From: an uncultured Victivallales bacterium
GTDB lineage: Bacteria; Verrucomicrobiota; Lentisphaeria; Victivallales; UBA1829
Direction: 5' to 3'
DNA: 58,066 nucleotides
Assembly: GCA_964581935.1 (NCBI GenBank)
Contig: CAZORN010000003.1
Coordinates: 1 to 58,066 of the forward strand
The translations under genes and the position numbers were made by a program. A model generated the notes under the pieces. That model saw only the letters and a program-made list of their open reading frames with translations. It was not told the DNA's origin and did not search any database. Positions 27,499 to 35,301 of this stretch are shown piece after piece (within the stretch, counting starts at the first letter, position 1; every line of letters starts with the position of its first letter).

Positions 27499-28488
27499 AT
27501 GCCTGATTTCGATCGTTTCGTGCTGGAAGCCACGTCCTGGAAAGAGGACGTCTCCCCCGGAACGTTCTCCTGGTCGGCGGGCAAATTCCGGCTTTTCCGC
27601 GCTTGCGAACGGGCTTATTTCCTCCGGCATTATCTGGCTCAGGGCGGGTGGAACGCCTATTCGCGGGAACGGTCCCAGCGGGCGTTCCTGGAAAAATACC
27701 TTTCCACTTTCGACGAGTGGCTCGGGGAAGTCGCGGAAGATTCCCTCGACCGGGCGCTCCGGGAAACCATGCCTTACCGGGTCTCCTCCGGACGCGCCGC
27801 CGCCCTGATGGAGGCTTTTCAGGTCCATGTCTCCCGCCGCCTTCTGCTGGCGGAACCCGAACTGAGGGCCGAGGAATTCCGGACCGATCCGAAGAAGCTG
27901 TCCTTTTCCGAACTGTATTACCATACCGGGGAGTTCGCGTCGCACAGCGACCTTCTGGAGAGCGCGCATGAAATTTTCACCGGGTTCTTCGCGGGGCTGG
28001 AGGACTCCGGTTTTATGGAACGCCTGATGGAACTGGACCCTCTGGGCTGGCGTCTGCCGCGGAAATGCGTCGAATTTCCTTTTGCCGGGACAGCGGTCCA
28101 CATGCGTCCGTGGCTTCCGGCGCTTCACCGGGGGAAGGCGGTCGGCGTCGCCTTCCGGTTTGTCCATGATCCTTCGAAGATGCCGGACCGCGTTTACGGC
28201 GATCCTGCTGACGGCTTGCCGGAGAAGGTGTTCGCCCGCCGGGTCGCGGAACGCTACGTCGGCTGGATCCCCGAGGTGTGGAACGGCGTCTGTGTCGGCG
28301 ACCGCTTTGAATGGAGTTCCTTCCGGCCGTCCCCGGTGACGGAGGATTTCGTCCGCGACAGCGTCGGCGAAATGCTCGGGAAGGTCATCGTGAATCCATC
28401 GGTATCCCTGTCGGATTTTCCGAAAACGGAAATCTCTTCCGTTTGTGAAAGATGCCGCTTGCGGGGCGTCTGCCGGGAGATATCGTAA
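27499..28488 (+). CDS. Cas4/AddB-like Fe-S PD-(D/E)XK-superfamily protein (catalytic motif not recognisable)
   Basis: FRLFRACERAYFLRHY near the N-terminus plus the C-terminal CERCRLRGVC (C-x2-C-x5-C) gives the 1+3 Cys pattern of Cas4/AddB nuclease domains. The start is 4 nt after the sppA stop. The family call comes from motifs only. Confidence 0.6.
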   Translation: MPDFDRFVLEATSWKEDVSPGTFSWSAGKFRLFRACERAYFLRHYLAQGGWNAYSRERSQRAFLEKYLSTFDEWLGEVAEDSLDRALRETMPYRVSSGRAAALMEAFQVHVSRRLLLAEPELRAEEFRTDPKKLSFSELYYHTGEFASHSDLLESAHEIFTGFFAGLEDSGFMERLMELDPLGWRLPRKCVEFPFAGTAVHMRPWLPALHRGKAVGVAFRFVHDPSKMPDRVYGDPADGLPEKVFARRVAERYVGWIPEVWNGVCVGDRFEWSSFRPSPVTEDFVRDSVGEMLGKVIVNPSVSLSDFPKTEISSVCERCRLRGVCREIS

Positions 28489-28686
28489 GCCGGGTTCCTG
28501 CGCCCGGCTCCGATTCTTTTCCGGGCGCGGGAGTCCGGCGGATGGGGCTTTTCGGCGAGGGTGAGGCAAATAACAGGTGATTCTTCTGATATTCAACCTT
28601 TTAGAACTTGATTTTTTTCAAAATGAATGTATCTTGTATGGACTGTTTTAAAAGTGACATTGATCAATAACTGAACGGAGAAAGCC

Positions 28687-30087
28687 ATGCTGAAAGAAAT
28701 CAATCGTGCCGCATCCTGCGCCGTGGTTCCGTGTCTTGATAAGAATTTCGTTCCTCCGATTTTGTGGGACCGCGAGTTCCGCAAAGCCGTTGCCGCTTCC
28801 GGGAGAAGCAAGAAAATCGTGATCGCACTGGAAAGGACTCCGGAAAGCGTCAGCACCTTTTCGACGGTGGTGTTCGGTTCTCCGAGCGCCGAAGAACAGG
28901 ATGCCAACATCCGCCATGTGGAACGTCTGGTGAAAAGCCTCCTCTGGATGCGCGGCGGATACAAGGTCACGATCGCGGGCGACGCGGTTCTGGCCGCGGA
29001 ACTGGCCGGGATCTACTCCCCCAAGGGAGAACGCGCGTTCGACTGCGAAATCATGGGCCGGATCTACTCCAATGAAATGCAGGTGGTCTACTGTCCGCTG
29101 AAGGAGGCTCCGGCTCCCATCGAACCCACCAAGCCGCTGGGACGCCATCTCGACGGATGCCGGATCGGTTTCGACCTCGGCGGGTCCGACCGCAAATGCG
29201 CCGCCCTGATCGACGGCAAACTCGTTTTCAGCGAAGAGGTTCCTTGGGATCCCTACTTCCAGACGGATATCCAGTGGCACAAGGACGGCATCAACGACAC
29301 GCTCCGCCGCGCCGCTGCGAAACTCCCGCGGGTGGATGCGATCGGCGGCAGCTCCGCCGGCGTGTATGTGAACAACCGGGTCCGCATCGCCTCTCTTTTC
29401 CGGGGCATTCCCCAGGACCAGTTTGAAACCCGCGTGAAGGATCTTTTCCTCGAGCTCGGCAAAGAATGGGGCGTTCCCTTTGAAGTGGTCAACGACGGCG
29501 AAGTGACGGCTCTGGCCGGATCCATGGAAATGAATTCCAACAGCGTTCTCGGCGTTTCGATGGGAACCAGCGTGGCCGGCGGATATGTGAATCCCGAAGG
29601 AAACATCACCGACTGGCTCAACGAACTGGCGTTCGTTCCCGCCGATTACCGCGACGGCGCTCCCGCGGACGAATGGTCCGGCGACCTCGGATGCGCGGTT
29701 CAGTATTTCTGCCAGCAGGGCGTCGCCCGTCTGGCCCCCCTGGCCGGAATCGAGCTCCCGAAGGACATGAAATTCGCCGAACAGCTCAAGGAAGTCCAGA
29801 AGCTGATGGAAAAAGGCGATCCGCGCGCGGAGAAGATTTTCGACAACATCGGAGTCTGTTTCGGATATACCATCGCCCGCTACTGCGAGTTCTATGAAAT
29901 CGAGAAGCTCCTGATTCTCGGACGCGTCACCTCCGGCAAGGGCGGAGACATCATTCTGGACCGCGCGGCGCAAGTCCTGAAAAAGGAATTCCCGGAATAC
30001 GCTTCCCGCGTAGAGTTCCGTATCCCGGACGAAACTTCCCGGCGTCACGGGCAGGCGGTCGCCGCTGCCAGCCTGCCGGTCATCTGA
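28687..30087 (+). CDS. ROK-family sugar kinase with ~150-aa N-terminal extension
   Basis: CRIGFDLGGSDRK (N-terminal ATPase motif), AIGGSSAGVY, VNDGEVTALAG and LGVSMGTSVAGGYV fit the ROK/actin-fold kinase pattern. Confidence 0.85.
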   Translation: MLKEINRAASCAVVPCLDKNFVPPILWDREFRKAVAASGRSKKIVIALERTPESVSTFSTVVFGSPSAEEQDANIRHVERLVKSLLWMRGGYKVTIAGDAVLAAELAGIYSPKGERAFDCEIMGRIYSNEMQVVYCPLKEAPAPIEPTKPLGRHLDGCRIGFDLGGSDRKCAALIDGKLVFSEEVPWDPYFQTDIQWHKDGINDTLRRAAAKLPRVDAIGGSSAGVYVNNRVRIASLFRGIPQDQFETRVKDLFLELGKEWGVPFEVVNDGEVTALAGSMEMNSNSVLGVSMGTSVAGGYVNPEGNITDWLNELAFVPADYRDGAPADEWSGDLGCAVQYFCQQGVARLAPLAGIELPKDMKFAEQLKEVQKLMEKGDPRAEKIFDNIGVCFGYTIARYCEFYEIEKLLILGRVTSGKGGDIILDRAAQVLKKEFPEYASRVEFRIPDETSRRHGQAVAAASLPVI

Positions 30088-30111
30088 GATAACGGAGAAA
30101 AGATAAAGAAA

Positions 30112-31020
30112 ATGGAAAAGCCCGCATTGCTCGTTCTCGCAGCCGGAATGGGAAGCCGTTACGGCGGCCTCAAACAGATCGATCCGGTGGGACCCGCCGG
30201 CGAAATCATCCTGGACTACTCGATCTACGACGCCATCCGGAGCGGATTCGACAAGGTCGTCTTTGTGATCCGTCACGACATCGAATCCGTCTTCCGCGAA
30301 AAAGTCGGCGCCCGCTGGGAAAAGAGGATCCATGTGGAGTATGCCTTTCAGGAACTTGAAAACCTTCCGGCTCCGTATACTCTTCCTTCCGGACGCACCA
30401 AGCCGTGGGGAACCGGACACGCCATCCTTTGCGCAGCCTCCAAAATCACCTCCCCGTTCGCCGCCATCAACGCGGACGATTTTTACGGAAGAAACGCCTA
30501 TGCGCTGCTGTCCCGGGCATTTGCGGACAATCCGGATCCGGAACGCCGCCACTTCATGGTCGGATACACTCTCCGCAACACCCTTTCCGACTTCGGTTCC
30601 GTTTCCCGCGGAGTCTGCGAGAAAAATGCGGAAGGATTCCTGACCGGGGTAACGGAACGGACTCACATCGTTCCCGTGTCCGACGGCCGCGCCGAATTCA
30701 AAGACGAGAACGGTTCCGTTCACCCTCTGACGGGAGACGAGATCGTTTCGCTGAACTTCTGGGGCTTCATGCCCTCCATCTTCTCCTCGCTGGGCGGACT
30801 GTTCGAGGAGTTCCTTTCCCGGCGCGGAACCGAGCTCAAATCCGAGTTCTATATCCCCTTTGCCGTGGATGAGCTGATTGAACGAAAAAAAATATCGCTT
30901 CAGGTCATGACCAGTTCCGACTCGTGGTTCGGCGTGACCTACCGCGAGGACAAACCCCGTGTGGAGCAATCCATCCGGGCTCTGATTCAAAGCGGTATAT
31001 ATCCCTCTCCTCTGGAGTAA
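30112..31020 (+). CDS. Sugar-1-phosphate nucleotidyltransferase
   Basis: LVLAAGMGSRYGGLKQ is the nucleotidyltransferase G-rich loop. KPWGTGHA and INADDFYG are also present. Confidence 0.8.
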   Translation: MEKPALLVLAAGMGSRYGGLKQIDPVGPAGEIILDYSIYDAIRSGFDKVVFVIRHDIESVFREKVGARWEKRIHVEYAFQELENLPAPYTLPSGRTKPWGTGHAILCAASKITSPFAAINADDFYGRNAYALLSRAFADNPDPERRHFMVGYTLRNTLSDFGSVSRGVCEKNAEGFLTGVTERTHIVPVSDGRAEFKDENGSVHPLTGDEIVSLNFWGFMPSIFSSLGGLFEEFLSRRGTELKSEFYIPFAVDELIERKKISLQVMTSSDSWFGVTYREDKPRVEQSIRALIQSGIYPSPLE

Positions 31021-31028
31021 TCAAAACT

Positions 31029-32126
31029 ATGGAAAAATTAGTCAAAGAAATCGCAGCGAAATTCAAGATCGACGACACTCGCCTTGTGGAAGTGAAACCT
31101 TTCGGAAGCGGACACATCAACGACACCTACCGCGCCGTGTTCATCGACGAAGGTGAAAAGCGCCAGTATATCTTCCAGCGCATCAATACGAACGTTTTCC
31201 GGAAGCCCGAACTCCTGATGGACAATATCACGCGGGTGTTGGCACATTCGGTCGGAAAACTTCGCGGCAGACCCGACAGCGCCCGCCGCTGCATTCAGCT
31301 GATTCCCGCAAAAGACGGCAAATGGTTCTATATCCACGGGGAGGAATGCTGGCGTTCCTACCATTTCATCGACGACGCACGCACCTATAACATCCTTGAA
31401 ACGGAAGCGCAGGCCTATCACGCCGCCAAGGCTTTCGGAGAATTCCAGATGCTCCTGGACGACCTTCCCGGCGACCGCCTTCACGAAACCATTCCCAATT
31501 TCCACAACACGCCCTCCCGCTACGCCGATTTTGAACGCGCCGCCCATGACGATCCCGCCGGACGTGCCTCTGCCTCCGCCCGGGAAATCGAATTCGCACG
31601 TAAAAACTGCCATGTCGCGCCCATTCTGCTCGATCTTCTCGGCAAGGGGCAGATCCCCGAACGCATTACGCACAACGATACCAAGCTCAACAACGTTCTG
31701 CTGGACAACAAAACCGGAGAAGGTCTCTGCGTGATCGACCTCGACACCGTCATGCCCGGACTCTCCCTCTACGACTTCGGCGACCTTGTCCGCACCAGCG
31801 TCTGTCCCGCCGCCGAAGATGAAACCGATCTTTCCAAAGTCCAGGTCCGCACCCATATTTTCCGTTCCCTCGTGAAAGGGTATCTGGACGGCGCGCAGGG
31901 ATGCCTGACCCGCAAGGAAATCGAACTCCTTCCCTTCTCCGGCATCCTCATCTCATACGAGATCGGACTTCGTTTCCTGACCGATCACCTCAACGGCGAC
32001 AAATATTTCCGGGTCAAGCATGAAAACCACAACCTCGAACGCTGCCGGAACCAGTTCGCCCTTGTTCAGCGCCTGATGGAAAAAGAAGCTGAAATGAACG
32101 CAATCGTCAAGGAATTCCTGAAATGA
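31029..32126 (+). CDS. nahK: N-acetylhexosamine 1-kinase (NahK/LnpB-like, APH-fold)
   Basis: Collinear resemblance to Bifidobacterium longum NahK as I recall it: GSGHINDTYR, RITHNDTKLNNVLLD, VIDLDTVMPG, EDETDLSKV, ELLPFSG and DHLNGDKYF..HENHNLERCRNQFALV. I trimmed the start to the ATG at 31029. Confidence 0.85.
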   Translation: MEKLVKEIAAKFKIDDTRLVEVKPFGSGHINDTYRAVFIDEGEKRQYIFQRINTNVFRKPELLMDNITRVLAHSVGKLRGRPDSARRCIQLIPAKDGKWFYIHGEECWRSYHFIDDARTYNILETEAQAYHAAKAFGEFQMLLDDLPGDRLHETIPNFHNTPSRYADFERAAHDDPAGRASASAREIEFARKNCHVAPILLDLLGKGQIPERITHNDTKLNNVLLDNKTGEGLCVIDLDTVMPGLSLYDFGDLVRTSVCPAAEDETDLSKVQVRTHIFRSLVKGYLDGAQGCLTRKEIELLPFSGILISYEIGLRFLTDHLNGDKYFRVKHENHNLERCRNQFALVQRLMEKEAEMNAIVKEFLK

Positions 32127-33046
32127 AGAGAGTCCTCGTCACCGGCGGGTCCGGGTTCATCGGCAGCCATATCGTGGAATCTCTTCAGGGAAAATGCGAG
32201 ATCAGGGTCCTGGACAATTTCCGCACTGGGCGGCGCGATAATCTCACGGGGCTCGACTGCGAATTGCTCGAAGGCGACGTCGCCGACCGTTCCGTTGTCG
32301 CGGACGCGGTGCGGGGTGTCGACAGCGTCTTCCATCTGGCTGCGATGGTCAGCGTTCCCGAATCCATGGAGAAAATCGAAGAGTGCAACCGGATCAACGC
32401 CCTCGGAACCATCATTCTCCTCGAAGAAGCCGCGCGCGCCGGAGTCAAAAAACTGGTCCTGAGCACTTCCGCCGCGAACTATGGAGACAATCCGGTTTCC
32501 CCGAAAGTCGAAACCATGGTCCCGGAACCCAAAAGCCCTTACGCCATCACCAAGATGGACGGCGAATACTACTGCTCCATGTTCACCGGAACGGGCCGTC
32601 TCCAGACAGCCTGCCTCCGCTACTTCAATGTATTCGGCCCCCGGCAGAATCCGAAAAGCGCCTACGCCGCGGCCGTTCCCATCTTCATCGCCAAGGCGCT
32701 GGCCAATGAGGACATCACCATTTTCGGCGACGGCGAGCAGACCCGCGACTTTGTGTTCGTCAAGGATATCGCCGCGGCCAACATCTTCATGACGGAGCAT
32801 CCGTTCACCGGTGTTTACAATGTGGCCTATGGCGGAAAGATGACCATCAACATGCTGGCGAAGATGATCGTGGAGATTCTCGGCTCCTCCTCGAAGATCG
32901 TTTATCTGCCGGAACGTCCGGGCGACGTCAAGCATTCGACCGCGTGCGTCGACCGTCTCCTTTCGACCGGCTTCCGGCCCTCCTGGGATTTCCGCAGGGG
33001 ACTCGAAGCCACCGTCGAAAGCTTTGCGGCGGCCGCTCAAAAATAG
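32123..33046 (+). CDS. NAD-dependent UDP-hexose / UDP-HexNAc 4-epimerase (SDR extended family)
   Basis: VTGGSGFIGSH (GxxGxxG), SPYAITK (YxxxK), RYFNVFGPRQ and GDGEQTRDFVFV are present. The start overlaps the nahK stop as ATGA. Confidence 0.88.
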   Translation: MKRVLVTGGSGFIGSHIVESLQGKCEIRVLDNFRTGRRDNLTGLDCELLEGDVADRSVVADAVRGVDSVFHLAAMVSVPESMEKIEECNRINALGTIILLEEAARAGVKKLVLSTSAANYGDNPVSPKVETMVPEPKSPYAITKMDGEYYCSMFTGTGRLQTACLRYFNVFGPRQNPKSAYAAAVPIFIAKALANEDITIFGDGEQTRDFVFVKDIAAANIFMTEHPFTGVYNVAYGGKMTINMLAKMIVEILGSSSKIVYLPERPGDVKHSTACVDRLLSTGFRPSWDFRRGLEATVESFAAAAQK

Positions 33047-33146
33047 TTTTTTCCGAAGATTGCTCGTAAAAAGACTCTTTGAAGGTTGGAAAATCGTTAT
33101 TGAGAGGATACATTACAATTCTTAATGCCTTTTTGGAGAGGGTAAA

Positions 33147-33803
33147 ATGATCAAGAACAAAAATCTGGTTTTCCTCGGACCTCCCGGCGCCGGCAAGGGA
33201 ACCTTGTCCGAAGCGCTGCTTCAGGATGAGAAGCTGGTCCACATTTCGACCGGCGACCTCCTCCGTGACGAGATCCGCCGCGAAACCGGACTGGGGAAAA
33301 GCGCAAAAACGCTGATTGACCAGGGCAAACTTGTTCCCGATCAGATTGTGGCGGACATGGTTGCCGCGCGTCTCTCCCAGGACGATTGTTCCGGAGGTTT
33401 CATCCTCGACGGGTTCCCGAGAACCGTGAGGCAGGCCGAACTGTTGGAAGAGGCCGCCCCGAAGATCGGAAGAAAACTCGACAAGGTGGTTCTTTTCGAA
33501 GCTCCCTACAATCTGCTGATTCAGCGCCTGACCGCGCGTCTCACCTGCCGCAAATGCAAGGCCAACTTCAACAAGCTCTTTTCCAAACCCGCGCGCGAAG
33601 GCGTCTGCGACCATTGCGGAGGCGAGCTTTTCCAGCGTTCTGACGATTCCCTCGAAACCGCGCAGAACCGGCTGAAGGTGTATGAAGAGCAGACATCTCC
33701 CCTGATCCGTTTCTACGAGGAGAGAAATCTTCTTGCCAGAATCGACTCTTCACTTCCCAGGGAACAGAGTTACGGCTTTCTCCTCGCCGTCCTGAATACG
33801 TGA
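33147..33803 (+). CDS. adk: Adenylate kinase
   Basis: GPPGAGKGT P-loop, ISTGDLLR, ILDGFPRT, and a zinc-lid CRKC...CDHCGG. Confidence 0.93.
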   Translation: MIKNKNLVFLGPPGAGKGTLSEALLQDEKLVHISTGDLLRDEIRRETGLGKSAKTLIDQGKLVPDQIVADMVAARLSQDDCSGGFILDGFPRTVRQAELLEEAAPKIGRKLDKVVLFEAPYNLLIQRLTARLTCRKCKANFNKLFSKPAREGVCDHCGGELFQRSDDSLETAQNRLKVYEEQTSPLIRFYEERNLLARIDSSLPREQSYGFLLAVLNT

Positions 33804-34570
33804 TTATGAAACCAGACTTCGTCATCCACACCCCGGCGGAAATCGACCGGATACGCAAAGCGGCGCGAATGGCCGCGGAAGCGCGGGAACGCATCTGCAA
33901 ACTGGTCCGGTCCGGAATGACGACCGCGGATCTGGACGAGCTCGGCGGTGAAATCATCCGCTCCATGGGAGGGGTTCCCTCCTTCCTGAATTACCGCGGC
34001 TATCCGGGCAATATCTGCATCTCTCTGAACGACGAGGTGGTGCACGGGATCGGACGGCGCGACCGCTTCATCCTCAAAGGGGATGTCGTCAGCGTGGACG
34101 TCGGAGTGTCCTTCGAGGGCGGAGTGGGCGACACCGCCAAGACGGTCTATGTCGGCGACGAGCCGATGCCGCCGGATATCGAACGCCTTCTGAAATTTAC
34201 GGAAAGCGCCCTGGAGGCGGGGCTTGCCGCCGCGCATCCGGGCGGATATGTGCAGGATATTTCCCGCGGGGTCGAAATGGAGGCCAAGCGCGGAAATCTC
34301 GGAATTGTGGAAGAATATGTCGGACACGGCTGCGGCACGAAATTGCACGAGCCGCCGGATGTCCCGAATTATGTCCAGTGCCGGAAGGGGCCGCGTCTGC
34401 TCCCCGGAATGGTGCTGTGCGTCGAACCCATGCTCAATCTGGGTTCGAGAAGGGTTTATATGGAAAGTGACGGATGGACGGTGCGCACCCGGGACGGGGA
34501 ACCTTCCGCCCATTTCGAACACATGCTGCTGATAACCGAGAACGAAACGGAGGTCTTAACACGTGTCTAA
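33800..34570 (+). CDS. map: Type I methionine aminopeptidase
   Basis: VVHGIG, VSVDVG, GHGCG, VEPM and FEHMLLIT metal-ligand blocks are present. The start is either the GTG at 33800, overlapping the adk stop, or the ATG at 33806. Confidence 0.93.
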   Translation: MIMKPDFVIHTPAEIDRIRKAARMAAEARERICKLVRSGMTTADLDELGGEIIRSMGGVPSFLNYRGYPGNICISLNDEVVHGIGRRDRFILKGDVVSVDVGVSFEGGVGDTAKTVYVGDEPMPPDIERLLKFTESALEAGLAAAHPGGYVQDISRGVEMEAKRGNLGIVEEYVGHGCGTKLHEPPDVPNYVQCRKGPRLLPGMVLCVEPMLNLGSRRVYMESDGWTVRTRDGEPSAHFEHMLLITENETEVLTRV

Positions 34571-34778
34571 GGATTTAATCAAGCTCGAAGGCGTAGTCAA
34601 AGAATTGTTGCCGAACACTATGTTCAGGGTCGAACTCCCGAACAAACACAATGTGCTCGCCCACATCAGTGGCAAAATGCGTCTGAACTTCATCCGGATT
34701 CTACCGGGGGATACGGTCACCATCGAGATCTCCCCTTATGACCTGAGCAAAGGCAGAATCATCTTCCGGCAGAAGTGA
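34563..34778 (+). CDS. infA: Translation initiation factor IF-1
   Basis: The product [69 protein letters not shown] is canonical IF-1. It has a GTG start that overlaps the map 3' end by 8 nt. Confidence 0.93.
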   Translation: MSKDLIKLEGVVKELLPNTMFRVELPNKHNVLAHISGKMRLNFIRILPGDTVTIEISPYDLSKGRIIFRQK

Positions 34779-35207
34779 CAAGGCTCCATCCCCTCCGGTT
34801 GCCTCCCGGAAACATTCACAAAATCTCATCCTCCCTCCTTCAGCATGAAGGGTCTCCTCCTTTTGTGTGTAATACCAATTTGCATTCTTAGGGATAGTAA
34901 AAGTCATATTTGAGTTCAACACCTTTTCTGCATCGCGACGTTTCGGGTAGGTTCTGCAGTCCCCTGCCGAACTGAAGGGAAAAAATTCAGTTCGCGACGG
35001 AGTCACGAACCTGCCTCGGACGGTGCCTGATCGAACAATCTGTCAAAAGCCATGAACGCTTCCGTAAGAAACAACATCTCATGAGGTCAATGCCATTAAA
35101 GTATTGCTAACCTTAAGATTGCAAATCCGTATAAAAATGGAGACGACAGTGTTTTCGATGATCTCGTTGAAGGAATCCTCTCTTCGGTCCCATCCGGATC
35201 TTCCTTG

Positions 35208-35246
35208 AAAAAAAAACAGTCCGTCCCCTGATTCGGGAACGGACTG
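35208..35246 (-). terminator. Rho-independent terminator of the SSS symporter gene
   Basis: On the minus strand, CAGTCCGTTCCC-GAATCA-GGGGACGGACTG forms a 12-position stem (11 base pairs, one mismatch) with a 6-nt loop at 35217-35246. It is followed by a run of nine T (35216-35208) and begins 55 nt after the stop at 35302. Confidence 0.65.
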
Positions 35247-35301
35247 CGGAATGAGCTTCAGAACTTCCTGCGGCTGAATTCCTTTCAGGCGTCCTGTTCC
35301 A

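Noticed and set aside
28489-28527. Hairpins GCCGGG-N8-CCCGGC and CGCCCGG-N13-CCGGGCG after the Cas4-like gene, a possible terminator
   Set aside because: Only a short interrupted T tract follows (TCCGATTCTTTTCC), and the two alternative pairings compete. This is too weak to call as a feature.
25450-28596. 1048-aa ORF on the minus strand, the longest ORF in the region
   Set aside because: It lies antisense to three well-supported + strand genes (PfkB kinase, SppA, Cas4-like). Its composition is dominated by R/G/P/A/D with no recognisable motif. This is a typical shadow ORF of high-GC DNA.
28648-30990. 780-aa minus-strand ORF
   Set aside because: Antisense to the ROK kinase and nucleotidyltransferase genes, which carry clear family motifs. 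The composition is that of a shadow ORF.
34701-35006. 101-aa minus-strand ORF downstream of infA
   Set aside because: It overlaps the infA 3' end, has no RBS or motif, and lies in a structured non-coding-looking stretch.
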